Shown: positions 1-10,000 of the stretch, one piece after another
Layout: every line of letters starts with the position of its first letter
Position numbering within the stretch: position 1 is the first letter of the stretch
NCBI GenBank assembly: GCA_045545055.1
Contig: JAZQAB010000011.1
Coordinates: 2,594-66,593, forward strand
Source of the DNA: Clostridia bacterium
Lineage (GTDB): Bacteria > Bacillota > Clostridia > UMGS1883
Length of the DNA: 64,000 nt
Direction of reading: 5' to 3'
Position numbers and translations under genes: made by a program
The notes under the pieces: generated by a model
Databases searched by the model: none
What the model was told of the DNA's origin: nothing
The model's input: only the letters and a program-made list of their open reading frames with translations

Positions 1-1905
1 CGCTACTGCCATGTACGCGGAGTGCGTGTTTTGCTTGCCCTTAATACGCTTGTGCCCGACAAAGAGCTTTCAGATTTTGAAATTTCCGTAAAAAAAGCTG
101 CCAAAGCAGGAATAGACGCAATTATCGTACAGGATTTGGGCTGTGCAAAAATTGCAAGGGCAGTATGTCCCGATTTGCCTATTCATGCCAGTACTCAGCT
201 GACATCGTGTAATAAATATGATGTAGAAGCTCTTCAAAATATGGGCTTTTCCCGAATTGTTCTTTCGCGTGAGCTTTCTGAAAAAGAAATCAGCCGTATT
301 TATACTGCCACAAATGCAGAGCTTGAAGCTTTTGCACATGGAGCACTTTGTATCAGCTTTTCGGGAAAATGCCTGATGTCCTCTTTTATCGGAGGAAGAA
401 GCGGAAACCGCGGTATGTGTGCCCAGCCCTGTAGGCAGATGTATTCATGTAAGAATAAGAAGGGCTACCTTTTAAGCCCCAGAGATTTGTGCCTGGCAGA
501 CGACCTTGAGAGAATGCATGAGGCAGGTGTAGTCAGCTTTAAAATCGAGGGTAGAATGAAAAGTCCCGAATATGTAGCATCGGTAACAAATGTTTACAGA
601 AAATACCTTGATTCATTTTCACGCCTTAGCCGCAAAGACGAGGAAAGGCTTGAAAAGGTTTTTGTTCGGGGAGACGGTTTCACCAAAGCATACTTTGCAG
701 AAAAAAACACTCCCGAAATCATGAATTATTCCATAAGTAACGATAATTTGTCCTCCCGTGCCGATGCGTCCGTGCTGAAGGAAGCACGTGCTTCTTTCAG
801 GGAGGGTACAGAGAACAAAAAAATCAGCGTGAATGCAGTTTTGACTATAAAATACAATGCACCCTCAACGCTTACCCTGACCGACGGAAAGCACAGCGTT
901 ACCGCTATGGGAGCCGAGGGTGAAAAGGCAATTAATGCCCCTCTGCCCAAGGAGCGTGCTAAGTCGCAAATCGGAAAAATGGGGCAAACCCCCTTTGTGC
1001 TTAACCTTTTTGGCTTTGAAGCAGATGACAATATAACGCTTCCCGTATCTGAGCTTAATAGCCTCAGACGTGAGGCTTGTGAGCTTCTTATAAAAAAACG
1101 CGGAGAAATTCACAAGAGAGATGTTTTTTCTTTTGAATATCCGAAGGTGAAAAACAAGGAGATGGTTAAGCCTTCAGTCGTGGCTCAAATCAGAACAAAG
1201 GAGCAGTTTTTTGCCGCAGAAAAGGCAGACCGTATACTGATTCCTCTTTCTCTTTGGAATGAAATTACTCCCGATGAAAGATGCTTTGTGCTTTTGCCGC
1301 AAGTGGTTTGTGACGACGATGAAATAATTGCACAGCTTTCAAAAATCCCCAAGAAATACGGTGTATATGCGTCAACTCCGGGTATGCTTATGCTTGCAAA
1401 AAATCAGGGGAGAAAAACCTGTGCCGACTGGAGCTGTAATATATATAACAGCGTAAGTGCCAATGTCTTTTCTGAAATGTGTGACGGCATTACCCTGTCC
1501 CCCGAGCTTTCGCTTGGTGAAATAGGGGAAATAGTATCAAGAACAAATTCTCCTTGCGAAATACTTTGCCACGGATATCAGAGCGTTATGACAAGCAGGG
1601 CATGCCTTATCCGAGGTATCACGGGAAAGTGTGATTGTTCTTTCCCCATAAAAATTAAAGATAAAACGGGTGCGGAATTTACAATATTGGGAGATAAGGA
1701 CACTCATCTTAATACTGTTCTTAACTCACGCCCCACCTTTATGGCGGATAAAATGAAAGACGTGTATAAAACAGGTGTAGAGGGGATTCGCCTTGTCTTT
1801 ACTACCGAAAACGGGGCAGAAACCTCCAAAACAATAGATATGTACAAAGGTAAAACACCCGTGGTGAAGCCACCGCTTTTCACAAGGGGATATTTACTAA
1901 GTTGA
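1..1905 (+). CDS. U32 family peptidase (collagenase-like), 5' partial
   Basis: The reading frame is open back to nt 1 (RYCHVRGVRVLLALNTLV matches the U32 N-terminal 'VKVYVTLNTLV' region), so the gene starts upstream of the window. The 627-aa ORF has U32 hallmarks (AHGALCISFSGKCLMSS, Cys-rich centre). Confidence 0.8.
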   Translation, partial: RYCHVRGVRVLLALNTLVPDKELSDFEISVKKAAKAGIDAIIVQDLGCAKIARAVCPDLPIHASTQLTSCNKYDVEALQNMGFSRIVLSRELSEKEISRIYTATNAELEAFAHGALCISFSGKCLMSSFIGGRSGNRGMCAQPCRQMYSCKNKKGYLLSPRDLCLADDLERMHEAGVVSFKIEGRMKSPEYVASVTNVYRKYLDSFSRLSRKDEERLEKVFVRGDGFTKAYFAEKNTPEIMNYSISNDNLSSRADASVLKEARASFREGTENKKISVNAVLTIKYNAPSTLTLTDGKHSVTAMGAEGEKAINAPLPKERAKSQIGKMGQTPFVLNLFGFEADDNITLPVSELNSLRREACELLIKKRGEIHKRDVFSFEYPKVKNKEMVKPSVVAQIRTKEQFFAAEKADRILIPLSLWNEITPDERCFVLLPQVVCDDDEIIAQLSKIPKKYGVYASTPGMLMLAKNQGRKTCADWSCNIYNSVSANVFSEMCDGITLSPELSLGEIGEIVSRTNSPCEILCHGYQSVMTSRACLIRGITGKCDCSFPIKIKDKTGAEFTILGDKDTHLNTVLNSRPTFMADKMKDVYKTGVEGIRLVFTTENGAETSKTIDMYKGKTPVVKPPLFTRGYLLS

Positions 1906-1965
1906 TTATGGCGTTGCCATTGGGCAAATTTAACTGTTTCAAAAATTTACCGGGGAGGTGGCAAA

Positions 1966-2796
1966 ATGCTTGATGACAGCTTCAGAATAAGGTACAAGGC
2001 GGTTCCTGTCGCAATAAGTGAACAGCACAGCTTTTATCCTACAAAGCTTCACAACCACAGTGAGTTTGAGATGCTTTTTATAACCTCAGGCTCGTGCACT
2101 GTACGTATAGCGGACAGGGAATATTTTGCAGAGTGCAATGATATAATTTTCATAAATCCAATGGAGGTTCATGAGGTCAGCGTAAATTCAGACACCCCCT
2201 ATAGTCACAAGTGTATGTGCTTTGATATTTCCATGATAATGAATAATCCTGTTTCCGAGAATCTGAAAAATGAGTGCACAAGTGTAGCCCATATAATAAA
2301 AGGTTATACCGAGCACGGCACTTATCTTGGAGAACTGTTTGAGAAAGCATTTTCGGAAGTAAAAAATGAAGGTAAAACCTTTGCAATGGAGGTAGCTGCA
2401 TATATAACATTGATGTTTTCGTATATTCTTAAAAATTCACTTATAGATGCAAAAAGGGAAAGTCCAAAGGAAAGTGAGTTTTGCGGTGAAATTCTGGAAT
2501 ATATAAGAAACCATTACGGGGAGAATATAACCTCCGCTCATGCGGCAGAGGCTTGCTTTTTAAATCATAGCTATTTTTGCAGAAAATTTAAAGAGAATTT
2601 TGGAATCAGCTTTTCAGCCTATATTAACAGGTACAGAATATCGGTTGCACGGACAATGCTTGAGGAAAATGCAGAAAATATATCGGAAATTGCAGAGATG
2701 TGCGGCTTTGATACTCCCACATATTTTTCCAAATGCTTTAAAGCCCATGTGGGCGTTCTTCCCGTAGAATACAAAAAAGGTAAAAGAAGTTCATAA
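1966..2796 (+). CDS. AraC family transcriptional regulator (cupin + HTH)
   Basis: The N-terminal domain is a cupin-like sugar-binding domain. The C-terminal part is an AraC-type double HTH (ISEIAEMCGFDTPTYFSKCFKAHVGVLPVEYKK). Confidence 0.8.
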   Translation: MLDDSFRIRYKAVPVAISEQHSFYPTKLHNHSEFEMLFITSGSCTVRIADREYFAECNDIIFINPMEVHEVSVNSDTPYSHKCMCFDISMIMNNPVSENLKNECTSVAHIIKGYTEHGTYLGELFEKAFSEVKNEGKTFAMEVAAYITLMFSYILKNSLIDAKRESPKESEFCGEILEYIRNHYGENITSAHAAEACFLNHSYFCRKFKENFGISFSAYINRYRISVARTMLEENAENISEIAEMCGFDTPTYFSKCFKAHVGVLPVEYKKGKRSS

Positions 2797-2826
2797 AAAC
2801 GGTCAATGCCGTTGTAACACTTAAAT

Positions 2827-2870
2827 AACCTCCCGTGATATAATTGTCATGAAAGGGAGGTTGTTTTATT
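2827..2870 (+). promoter_or_regulatory. RBS-sequestering hairpin before the 2871 gene
   Basis: aacctccc (2827-2834) pairs with gggaggtt (2855-2862). The 3' arm is the Shine-Dalgarno GGGAGG. A T-run and the ATG at 2871 follow. Confidence 0.3.
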
Positions 2871-4271
2871 ATGAAAAAAATTGCAGTTGTTTATGGAGAA
2901 GTAAAAACACCAATTCAGAAAAAAGCACTGGAGCAAATATCTTCTATCGTCTTAGAGCAGACAATGGAGTATCCTGCTTGTGTCAGGTATACCGATTTAA
3001 AAGAAAAGGAAAATTTCAGGTGCATCTATATAGGTACTAAAAAGGATAATCCCTATATAGCAGAACATTCACAAAAAATACTGTCTCAAAAGGAAGAATA
3101 TTATATTAAGGTGACCCCGGACAGTGTAATAGTCGAGGGATATGATGATGCAGGCGTGCTTTACGGTTGTATAGATTTTTATAATAAGTATATAGTAAAA
3201 TATGAAAACCAAGATACAAGGGGTGCATATTTTAAAGATATACTTAAGAATGAAAAAATGCCCGAATTTGAGTTATCCTCAGCACCCTCGGTGAAAAACC
3301 GCGGAATATGGACATGGGGGCATGTCATTTATAATTACAGAGGCTTTATAGACAATATGATGAAGCTTAAAATGAATACCATAATCATATGGAACGATTT
3401 TGTTCCCGTAAATGCAAAGGAAATGATTGATTATGCCCATAGCTGTAATATAAAGGTGATATGGGGATATTCATGGCTCTGGGATACAAAATGTGCCAAG
3501 GTCAATATGGATACAATATACGACGGCATAGATTCAATTTTGGAAAAATTTGAAAAGGAATATAAAGAATTAAATGTTGACGGAATCTATTTTCAGTCTT
3601 TTACCGAACTTAATCAGGAAAAAATCGGGGATGTGTTGGTTGCCGATGCGGTAACAAAATTTGTCAATACAACAGCGGAAAAGTTTTTCGGAAAATTCGG
3701 AGAAATGGAGCTTCAGTTCGGAATCCACGCAACATCGGTTAAGGAAAAGCTTGAATATATTAAAAATACAGATCCGAGAATAAGGCTTTACTGGGAGGAT
3801 TGCGGTAGCTTCCCCTTCGATTATGATCCGCAAAAAATCGATAAATACGATGAAACGAAGGCTTTCGTAAAAAAGACTGCTCATCTGAGAGACAATGAAA
3901 AATACGGTGCTGTAACAAAAGGACTGGTATATCTTGATTGGGGTGAGTTTGAGCATCTTGAGGGTTCATTTTATCTTGGAAAATGTTCAAAAAAGGTAGC
4001 CAAAAACCGTATAGAACGAAAAAACAGAATATGGCGATATATACAGGCACAATGGATTGCCAATGCGGACAAAGCATATGATATGTTTAAGACTATGTGT
4101 GACGAATGCTATGGTGATTTATACATTACAGCATTGGTTGAAGACGGTATGTTTGAAGAAAATATCATGTACCCTGTGGCACTTTATTCCGAAATGCTAT
4201 GGGATACTGATTGCGACTTTAAGGAAATGATGAGCAGTGTTGCCCTCAGAAGCTACGTAGAATTTGCGTAA
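2871..4271 (+). CDS. hypothetical protein, putative glycoside-hydrolase-like (GH20b/NAGLU-like N-domain + TIM barrel)
   Basis: The ORF is 466 aa with a strong RBS. The N-terminal alpha/beta region (VIVEGYDDAGVLYGCIDFY) resembles the GH20 domain-2/NAGLU N-domain fold, followed by a barrel-like region. The function call rests on pattern recognition only. Confidence 0.5.
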   Translation: MKKIAVVYGEVKTPIQKKALEQISSIVLEQTMEYPACVRYTDLKEKENFRCIYIGTKKDNPYIAEHSQKILSQKEEYYIKVTPDSVIVEGYDDAGVLYGCIDFYNKYIVKYENQDTRGAYFKDILKNEKMPEFELSSAPSVKNRGIWTWGHVIYNYRGFIDNMMKLKMNTIIIWNDFVPVNAKEMIDYAHSCNIKVIWGYSWLWDTKCAKVNMDTIYDGIDSILEKFEKEYKELNVDGIYFQSFTELNQEKIGDVLVADAVTKFVNTTAEKFFGKFGEMELQFGIHATSVKEKLEYIKNTDPRIRLYWEDCGSFPFDYDPQKIDKYDETKAFVKKTAHLRDNEKYGAVTKGLVYLDWGEFEHLEGSFYLGKCSKKVAKNRIERKNRIWRYIQAQWIANADKAYDMFKTMCDECYGDLYITALVEDGMFEENIMYPVALYSEMLWDTDCDFKEMMSSVALRSYVEFA

Positions 4272-4283
4272 GGGGGGCGTCTT

Positions 4284-5432
4284 ATGAATTATAAAAAGGA
4301 ATTAAAAAGCATCCTCAGATTCTGGCTTGATAACAGCATAGATTACGAAAACGGGGGAATATATACCTGCCTTGACCGTGAGGGTAATATTTACGGTACT
4401 GAAAAAAGTGTATGGTTTCAGGGAAGAGCCCTATGGACTTTTTCAAAAGCATATAGTATAATAGAGAAAAACCCCGAATATATCAGAGCGGCAAAAAACA
4501 TATACGAATTTTTACCAAAATGTACCGATACAGACGGCAGAATGTTTTTTACCGTGACTAATGACGGCAAGGAACTTCAGAAAAGAAGATATTATTTTTC
4601 TGAAACCTTTGCGGCAATCGGTTGTGCGGAATACTACAGAGCAACAGGTGATAATAAGGCACTTTCGGATGCGGAAAAATATTTTGCAGTAGCATACGAA
4701 TGTTTTAAGGGGATAAGGAAAAACGCCCCTAAGCTTAACCCTGAAAATTGTGATATGAAAGCACTTTCTCCTGTTATGATTATGCTTTCAACCGCACAAA
4801 CAATGCGTAGCATTGCAGGGGAAAAGTATGATGATATCGCCAAAGAATGTCTGTCGGAAATTTTAAACGGCGGATTTCTCACGGAGAAAGCACTTTTGGA
4901 AAGTGTAAGCGGTAATGGTGAGTTTGTAAATTCTCCCACAGGAAGAATCGTGAATCCCGGACATAGCATGGAGGCGGCTTGGTTTCTCATGCTTGAGGGG
5001 ATTATTACTGAGAATAACGAAGCGGTTTTAGCAGGTAAAAAAATTATTGATATTACCTTTCCGCTGGGTTGGGACAAAGAGCACGGCGGAATTATCGCAT
5101 TTACAGATGTATGCAATAAGCCTCCCGTTCAGCTTGAGTGGGATATGAAGCTATGGTGGCCGCAGTGTGAAACCATTATTGCACTTTCTCTGGCATACGC
5201 AATTTTCAAGGACGAAAAATATAAGAAAATGCGTGATAAGGTTGAAAAATATTGTCAAGAGCATTTTATAGACAAGGAATATGGAGAATGGTACGGCTAT
5301 TTGCACTATGATAACAGTGTATCCACAACGCTGAAAGGAAATATATTTAAGGGACCATTCCATATTCCGAGGCTTTATATGCTTATGTCAGTTTTGGAAG
5401 AGGACGCAAACCTTGAGAGGTATTACAGATAG
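4284..5432 (+). CDS. N-acylglucosamine 2-epimerase (AGE) family epimerase/isomerase
   Basis: The N-terminus is typical of the AGE family (LRFWLDNSIDYENGGIYTCLDREGNIYGTEKSVWFQGRALWTF). Length of about 380 aa is typical of this (alpha/alpha)6-barrel family. Confidence 0.8.
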   Translation: MNYKKELKSILRFWLDNSIDYENGGIYTCLDREGNIYGTEKSVWFQGRALWTFSKAYSIIEKNPEYIRAAKNIYEFLPKCTDTDGRMFFTVTNDGKELQKRRYYFSETFAAIGCAEYYRATGDNKALSDAEKYFAVAYECFKGIRKNAPKLNPENCDMKALSPVMIMLSTAQTMRSIAGEKYDDIAKECLSEILNGGFLTEKALLESVSGNGEFVNSPTGRIVNPGHSMEAAWFLMLEGIITENNEAVLAGKKIIDITFPLGWDKEHGGIIAFTDVCNKPPVQLEWDMKLWWPQCETIIALSLAYAIFKDEKYKKMRDKVEKYCQEHFIDKEYGEWYGYLHYDNSVSTTLKGNIFKGPFHIPRLYMLMSVLEEDANLERYYR

Positions 5433-5443
5433 GAGTGATTTAA

Positions 5444-6268
5444 TTGAAATTAACATATCTTGGAACTGCCGCTTCAGAGGGCTTTCCGGCAGTATTTTGT
5501 AACTGTGAACATTGTAAAGAAGCAAAAAAATTAAAAGGTAAAAATATCAGAACACGGTCGCAGGCAATAATCAATGATGATTTGCTTATAGACCTTCCTG
5601 CTGATACATACAGCCATTTTTTAAATAATGACATTGACGGAGACAAAATAAAATATCTCATTGTGACACATTCCCACCAAGACCATTTTTACCCGAAAGA
5701 GCTTGGTATGCGTCACGGTGCGTTTGCCCATGATATGTATGTTGACAGGCTAAAGATGTATTGCAGCCATGGAGCATACGACTTGATGAATGAAATCTCC
5801 AATATAAAAAGATACACCGTTGATTTTGAAGCACTCAGTCCTTTTGATACGGTTGTGTTGGGAAACTACACCGTCACAGCACTTCCTGCACGCCATTTTG
5901 ACGGTGACGGGGCGTTGTTTTACATAATAAATGACGGCACAAAAACTGTTCTGTACGCACACGATACGGGTTATTTTTACGATGAGGTTTTTGATTTTAT
6001 AAAAGACAATAATTATATATTTGACTTAATAAGCCTTGATTGTACCAATATTGATATTCCTATTTCCGATGAGGGTAATCACATGGGGCTTGAAAATATT
6101 GAAAGACTCGTCAAAAGGCTTTGGGAAATCGGCTCGGTAAATGAAAAAACAATAAAGGTAATTAATCATTTTTCTCACAATGCCGCACCCATACATCATA
6201 AGTTGGAAGAACGGGTAAAGGATTACGGCTATATAGTATCGTATGACGGCATGAGAGTGGAAATATAA
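5444..6268 (+). CDS. MBL-fold metallo-hydrolase
   Basis: HxHxDH motif (VTHSHQDHF). The N-terminus is PhnP/MBL-like (LTYLGTAAS). Confidence 0.8.
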   Translation: MKLTYLGTAASEGFPAVFCNCEHCKEAKKLKGKNIRTRSQAIINDDLLIDLPADTYSHFLNNDIDGDKIKYLIVTHSHQDHFYPKELGMRHGAFAHDMYVDRLKMYCSHGAYDLMNEISNIKRYTVDFEALSPFDTVVLGNYTVTALPARHFDGDGALFYIINDGTKTVLYAHDTGYFYDEVFDFIKDNNYIFDLISLDCTNIDIPISDEGNHMGLENIERLVKRLWEIGSVNEKTIKVINHFSHNAAPIHHKLEERVKDYGYIVSYDGMRVEI

Positions 6269-6283
6269 AGGAGGATAAAAAGT

Positions 6284-6910
6284 ATGAAAATTTTGTTTCA
6301 GGGAGATTCTATTACAGATGCAGGGCGTGCAAGAGATAATGACGTTAATGTAGGAATGGGCTATCCGCTGCTTGTAAAAGCAAATCTGGGCTTTGAAAGA
6401 CCGGGGAAATATGAATTCATAAACCGTGGAATAAGCGGCAACCGCATTGTAGATGTCTATGCACGTATGAAAAAAGATATCATAAATATTAAGCCTGACG
6501 TAATGAGTATATTAATAGGCGTGAACGATGTGTGGCATGAATTTGGCGAGGAGCCTAACGGGGTAGACGCAGATAAATATTACAAAATATACGAAATGCT
6601 TATTGAGGAAGTAAAAGCTGCACTTCCCGACATTAAGATTATTATAATAGAGCCGTTTGTTCTTCGCGGGTCTGCCACCGATGCAAAGTGGAATAGCTTT
6701 GAACCTGAAGTTAAGAAACGCGCTGAAATGGCGAAGAAAATTTCTGAAAAATACAGCTTGCCCTATATTCATCTTCAGAAAGGCTTTGATGAATTGTCAG
6801 AAACTACGGGTACAGGATATTGGTTGAGAGACGGAGTTCACCCCACGGCTATGGGGCATGAATATATTAAAAACGAATGGATTAAGAAATTCAAAGCCTT
6901 GGGACTTTAA
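6284..6910 (+). CDS. SGNH/GDSL hydrolase family esterase
   Basis: GDSIT block I at the N-terminus (ILFQGDSITDAG). Block V is DGVHPT. Confidence 0.8.
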   Translation: MKILFQGDSITDAGRARDNDVNVGMGYPLLVKANLGFERPGKYEFINRGISGNRIVDVYARMKKDIINIKPDVMSILIGVNDVWHEFGEEPNGVDADKYYKIYEMLIEEVKAALPDIKIIIIEPFVLRGSATDAKWNSFEPEVKKRAEMAKKISEKYSLPYIHLQKGFDELSETTGTGYWLRDGVHPTAMGHEYIKNEWIKKFKALGL

Positions 6911-6922
6911 TTTAGCACTTAG

Positions 6923-6958
6923 CGGATGTAAAAATTTGTATTTTTACATCCGTTTTTT
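6923..6958 (+). terminator. intrinsic terminator
   Basis: cggatgtaaaaa...tttttacatccg hairpin followed by TTTTTT. Confidence 0.7.
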
Positions 6959-7016
6959 ATGGAAAATGTTTGCAAACGGCTTGAGGATATGATAACATAT
7001 ACTTATATGATTTTAT

Positions 7017-10000
7017 TTGAAAGAAGGAAAAGTCGTGAAAAAGAAATTTCTGAGTTTCATGTTGGCTTGTTTGATGGTAATAACTGCGGTTTCGTTACCT
7101 GCAAGTGCAGAAACCGGCGAAATTACAGAAGGCAACGCCACAGGGGGTGCAGGCAACGCAAGTGGCATTGTATCAGGTGGTACAGGTAGCGGTGCTTATG
7201 GAGGCACAGGCAGCGGCACAACCGTCGGTCCGGACGTCGGCACAGAAGATGATACCGAGGGTGATGCTGCCCTTTCGGGTACAATAGGTTCAGTCAACTG
7301 GGTTATAGAACCCGGTACGTCTGCTACAGGCGGAGGTCAGCTTGTAATAAGCGGTAGCGGCGAAGTTCCTGATTACACCATAGATAATCCTGCTCCATGG
7401 GCAGAGAACAGGAATAATATAAATGAAATTTACATAGAAGAAGGAATAACGGGGATAGGCGATTTTGCATTTTATGGATTAAAATACGTTCACTTCCTTT
7501 CAATTCCCGAAACCCTTGAAACAATCGGAAATGGTGTATTTGCAGGAATATCCTGGCTGTCCGAGATTAAAATAGCCGAGGGAAACAAGTTCTTTTGCGA
7601 GAAAGATTCTGATCTTTTAAGTAAGGATAATAAAACCTTGATTTTAAAAACTGCAGATAATAGTGACAACGTTTATTTCCTTCCGGAAAGTGTAACTGCC
7701 ATCGCTCCGTATGCATTTTATATGAACACTGTTCTTCGCAAGGTTTTTGTGGGAAATCAGCTTGAAAGCATCGGTGAAAGTGCTTTTGCTCAATGTAATG
7801 AAGATATTGTCCTTTATTATACCGGAACAGAGGCAGAATGGAACGAGAAAGTAGTTGTCGGGGAAAATAATGGAAGCATTTCCTCAATCGTATATGAAAG
7901 CAAAAGAGTTTCGGCAATAACACTCAGCAGCTCTGAGCTTGAACTTAAAACAGGTGAGAGTGCTGTGCTGGAGATAACTCCCATACCCCAAGATGCCTCA
8001 ATTACAGATGTTATCTGGACAGTTGATGATTACAATATCGCATCTGTTACAGACGGAACAGTGCAGGCAGTAAATGCAGGTATAACGACTGTTCGTGCTA
8101 CAAGTAAGGACGGCAAATATGTTGCAAAATGTAAGGTGTGCGTTAGTGCAAAAGGAAATCTGACAACTTCCGTAGCATGGGAGGTTTCGCCCGATTTAAA
8201 GACTCTTACGGTAAGCGGAAGCGGGGAAGTTCCGGATTATTCAGGAACCGGATATGCACCGTGGGAAATGTACCGTCAGAATATTGAAAAAATAGTTGTG
8301 GAAAACGGCATTACAAAAATAGGTAATTACGGCTTTGCAGAAACAAAGTGCCGTGAAGTGATTCTTCCCGAAGGGCTTATTTCTATCGGGAAAAGTGCGT
8401 TTTGTTTCAGCGAAAATCTTGAAAAAATAAACTTTCCGTCGGGACTTGCAAGCATTGGCGGAAGTGCCTTTTCAGCTTGTACAAAAATAGAATCGGTAAA
8501 TCTTCCGGATACTGTTACATATATTGGAGAGCATGCGTTTAATAACTGCGCAAAAATGGTATCTCTCCGTCTTCCGGAAGCAATTGAAAGCATACCAAAC
8601 GGTACCTTCAATTGTTGTCAGAGTCTTAAGGCTGTTAAAATTCCCGACAGTGTAAAAACTATCGGAAACTATGCATTCTGTGCGTGCAACGGGCTTGAAA
8701 CTGTCGTGATAGGTTCGGCGTTGGAGAGTGTTGGGTATGGTTCCTTCTATGACGTGTCCTTGCTTGAAAATGTTTATTACACAGGAACAAGCGAAAGCTG
8801 GGGTAAGATTTCTTTTGAAGGGGATAACGATAGCATACAAAATGCAAGCATAATATACGGCTATGAGCCTGTTACAAAGGTTCAGCTTGATAAATCCGAG
8901 CTTTTGATGAATGTTAAGGATACAAAGAAGCTTTCTGCTTTGTTTACACCTGAAAATGCCTCAATGCCCTACGCTATGTGGTCATCGTCAGATGAGAGTG
9001 TTGCCGTTGTTGATGCAGAGGGTAATGTTACTGCAAAAGCCAGGGGAACTGCACAGATTACGGCTACAGCAATATGTGAAAATGTCAGTGCAAGCTGTAG
9101 CGTTGTAACGGAAAACGTACCTGTTACAGGTATGGTTATTGAAGAAACAAGTGTAGATATGATTAAAGGTGAAGAGTATCAGCTTACACTTATATTTTCC
9201 CCTGAAAATGCGACAAACAGAAACATAAAGTGGACTTCCGATGATGAAGACGTGGTAGTAGTTTCAGGCGAAGGCTTACTGGAAGCTGTAGGCGAGGGAA
9301 CTGCAATTGTTACCGGTGTTACCGAGGAGGGAGAATATACAGATTCGGTAAGTGTAACAGTCAGGGAAACCATTGCAGAAGGTGTTTTAGACGGTGGTAT
9401 TACATGGAGAATCAACTTTGACGGCAATCTGACTGTAGGAGGAACGGGTGAAATGCCCGACTTTTATCCTACCGAGGTTGATAATGATTCCACCGGAAAC
9501 GGGACTGCAGCGGGCGGTTCTACAGATAAGGACAATTCCGCATGGTCTGAAACACTTGCTCCATGGTTTGATTACAGCGAGAAAATTAAAACCGTAACGG
9601 TGGAAGATGGAATAACAAGTGTTGGTGATTATGCATTTGCATATTTGTACAGTCTGGAAAACGCATATATTGCATTTACTGTGACCGACATCGGAAAGAA
9701 TGCATTTGAAAACAGTGCACTTATGAATATTTTCCTTCCCGAATCAGTTACTTCGATAGGAGAGAGGGCTTTCGCCTATAATCACAGACTTTCTTCTGTT
9801 TATCTGCCTTCAAATCTTAAAACAATCGGAAAGAATGCGTTTGAGGGCTGTTGGGGAATTACAGGTATTACACTTCCTCAAAGTCTTGAAAGCATAGGCA
9901 GCTATGCCTTTTCAAGCACGGGCATAAACTATATCAGCATACCCCAAAGCGTAAAAACAATAGGTGAGGGTGCCTTTGCAAGAATGTCAAGCCTTGGCAG

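Noticed and set aside
7130-7270. Repetitive GGTGSG/GGCAGCGG tracts near the start of the LRR gene as a possible CRISPR or simple repeat.
   Set aside because: They are in-frame Gly/Thr/Ser linker codons of the surface protein. There are no spacers and no cas genes. No CRISPR array is present anywhere in the window.
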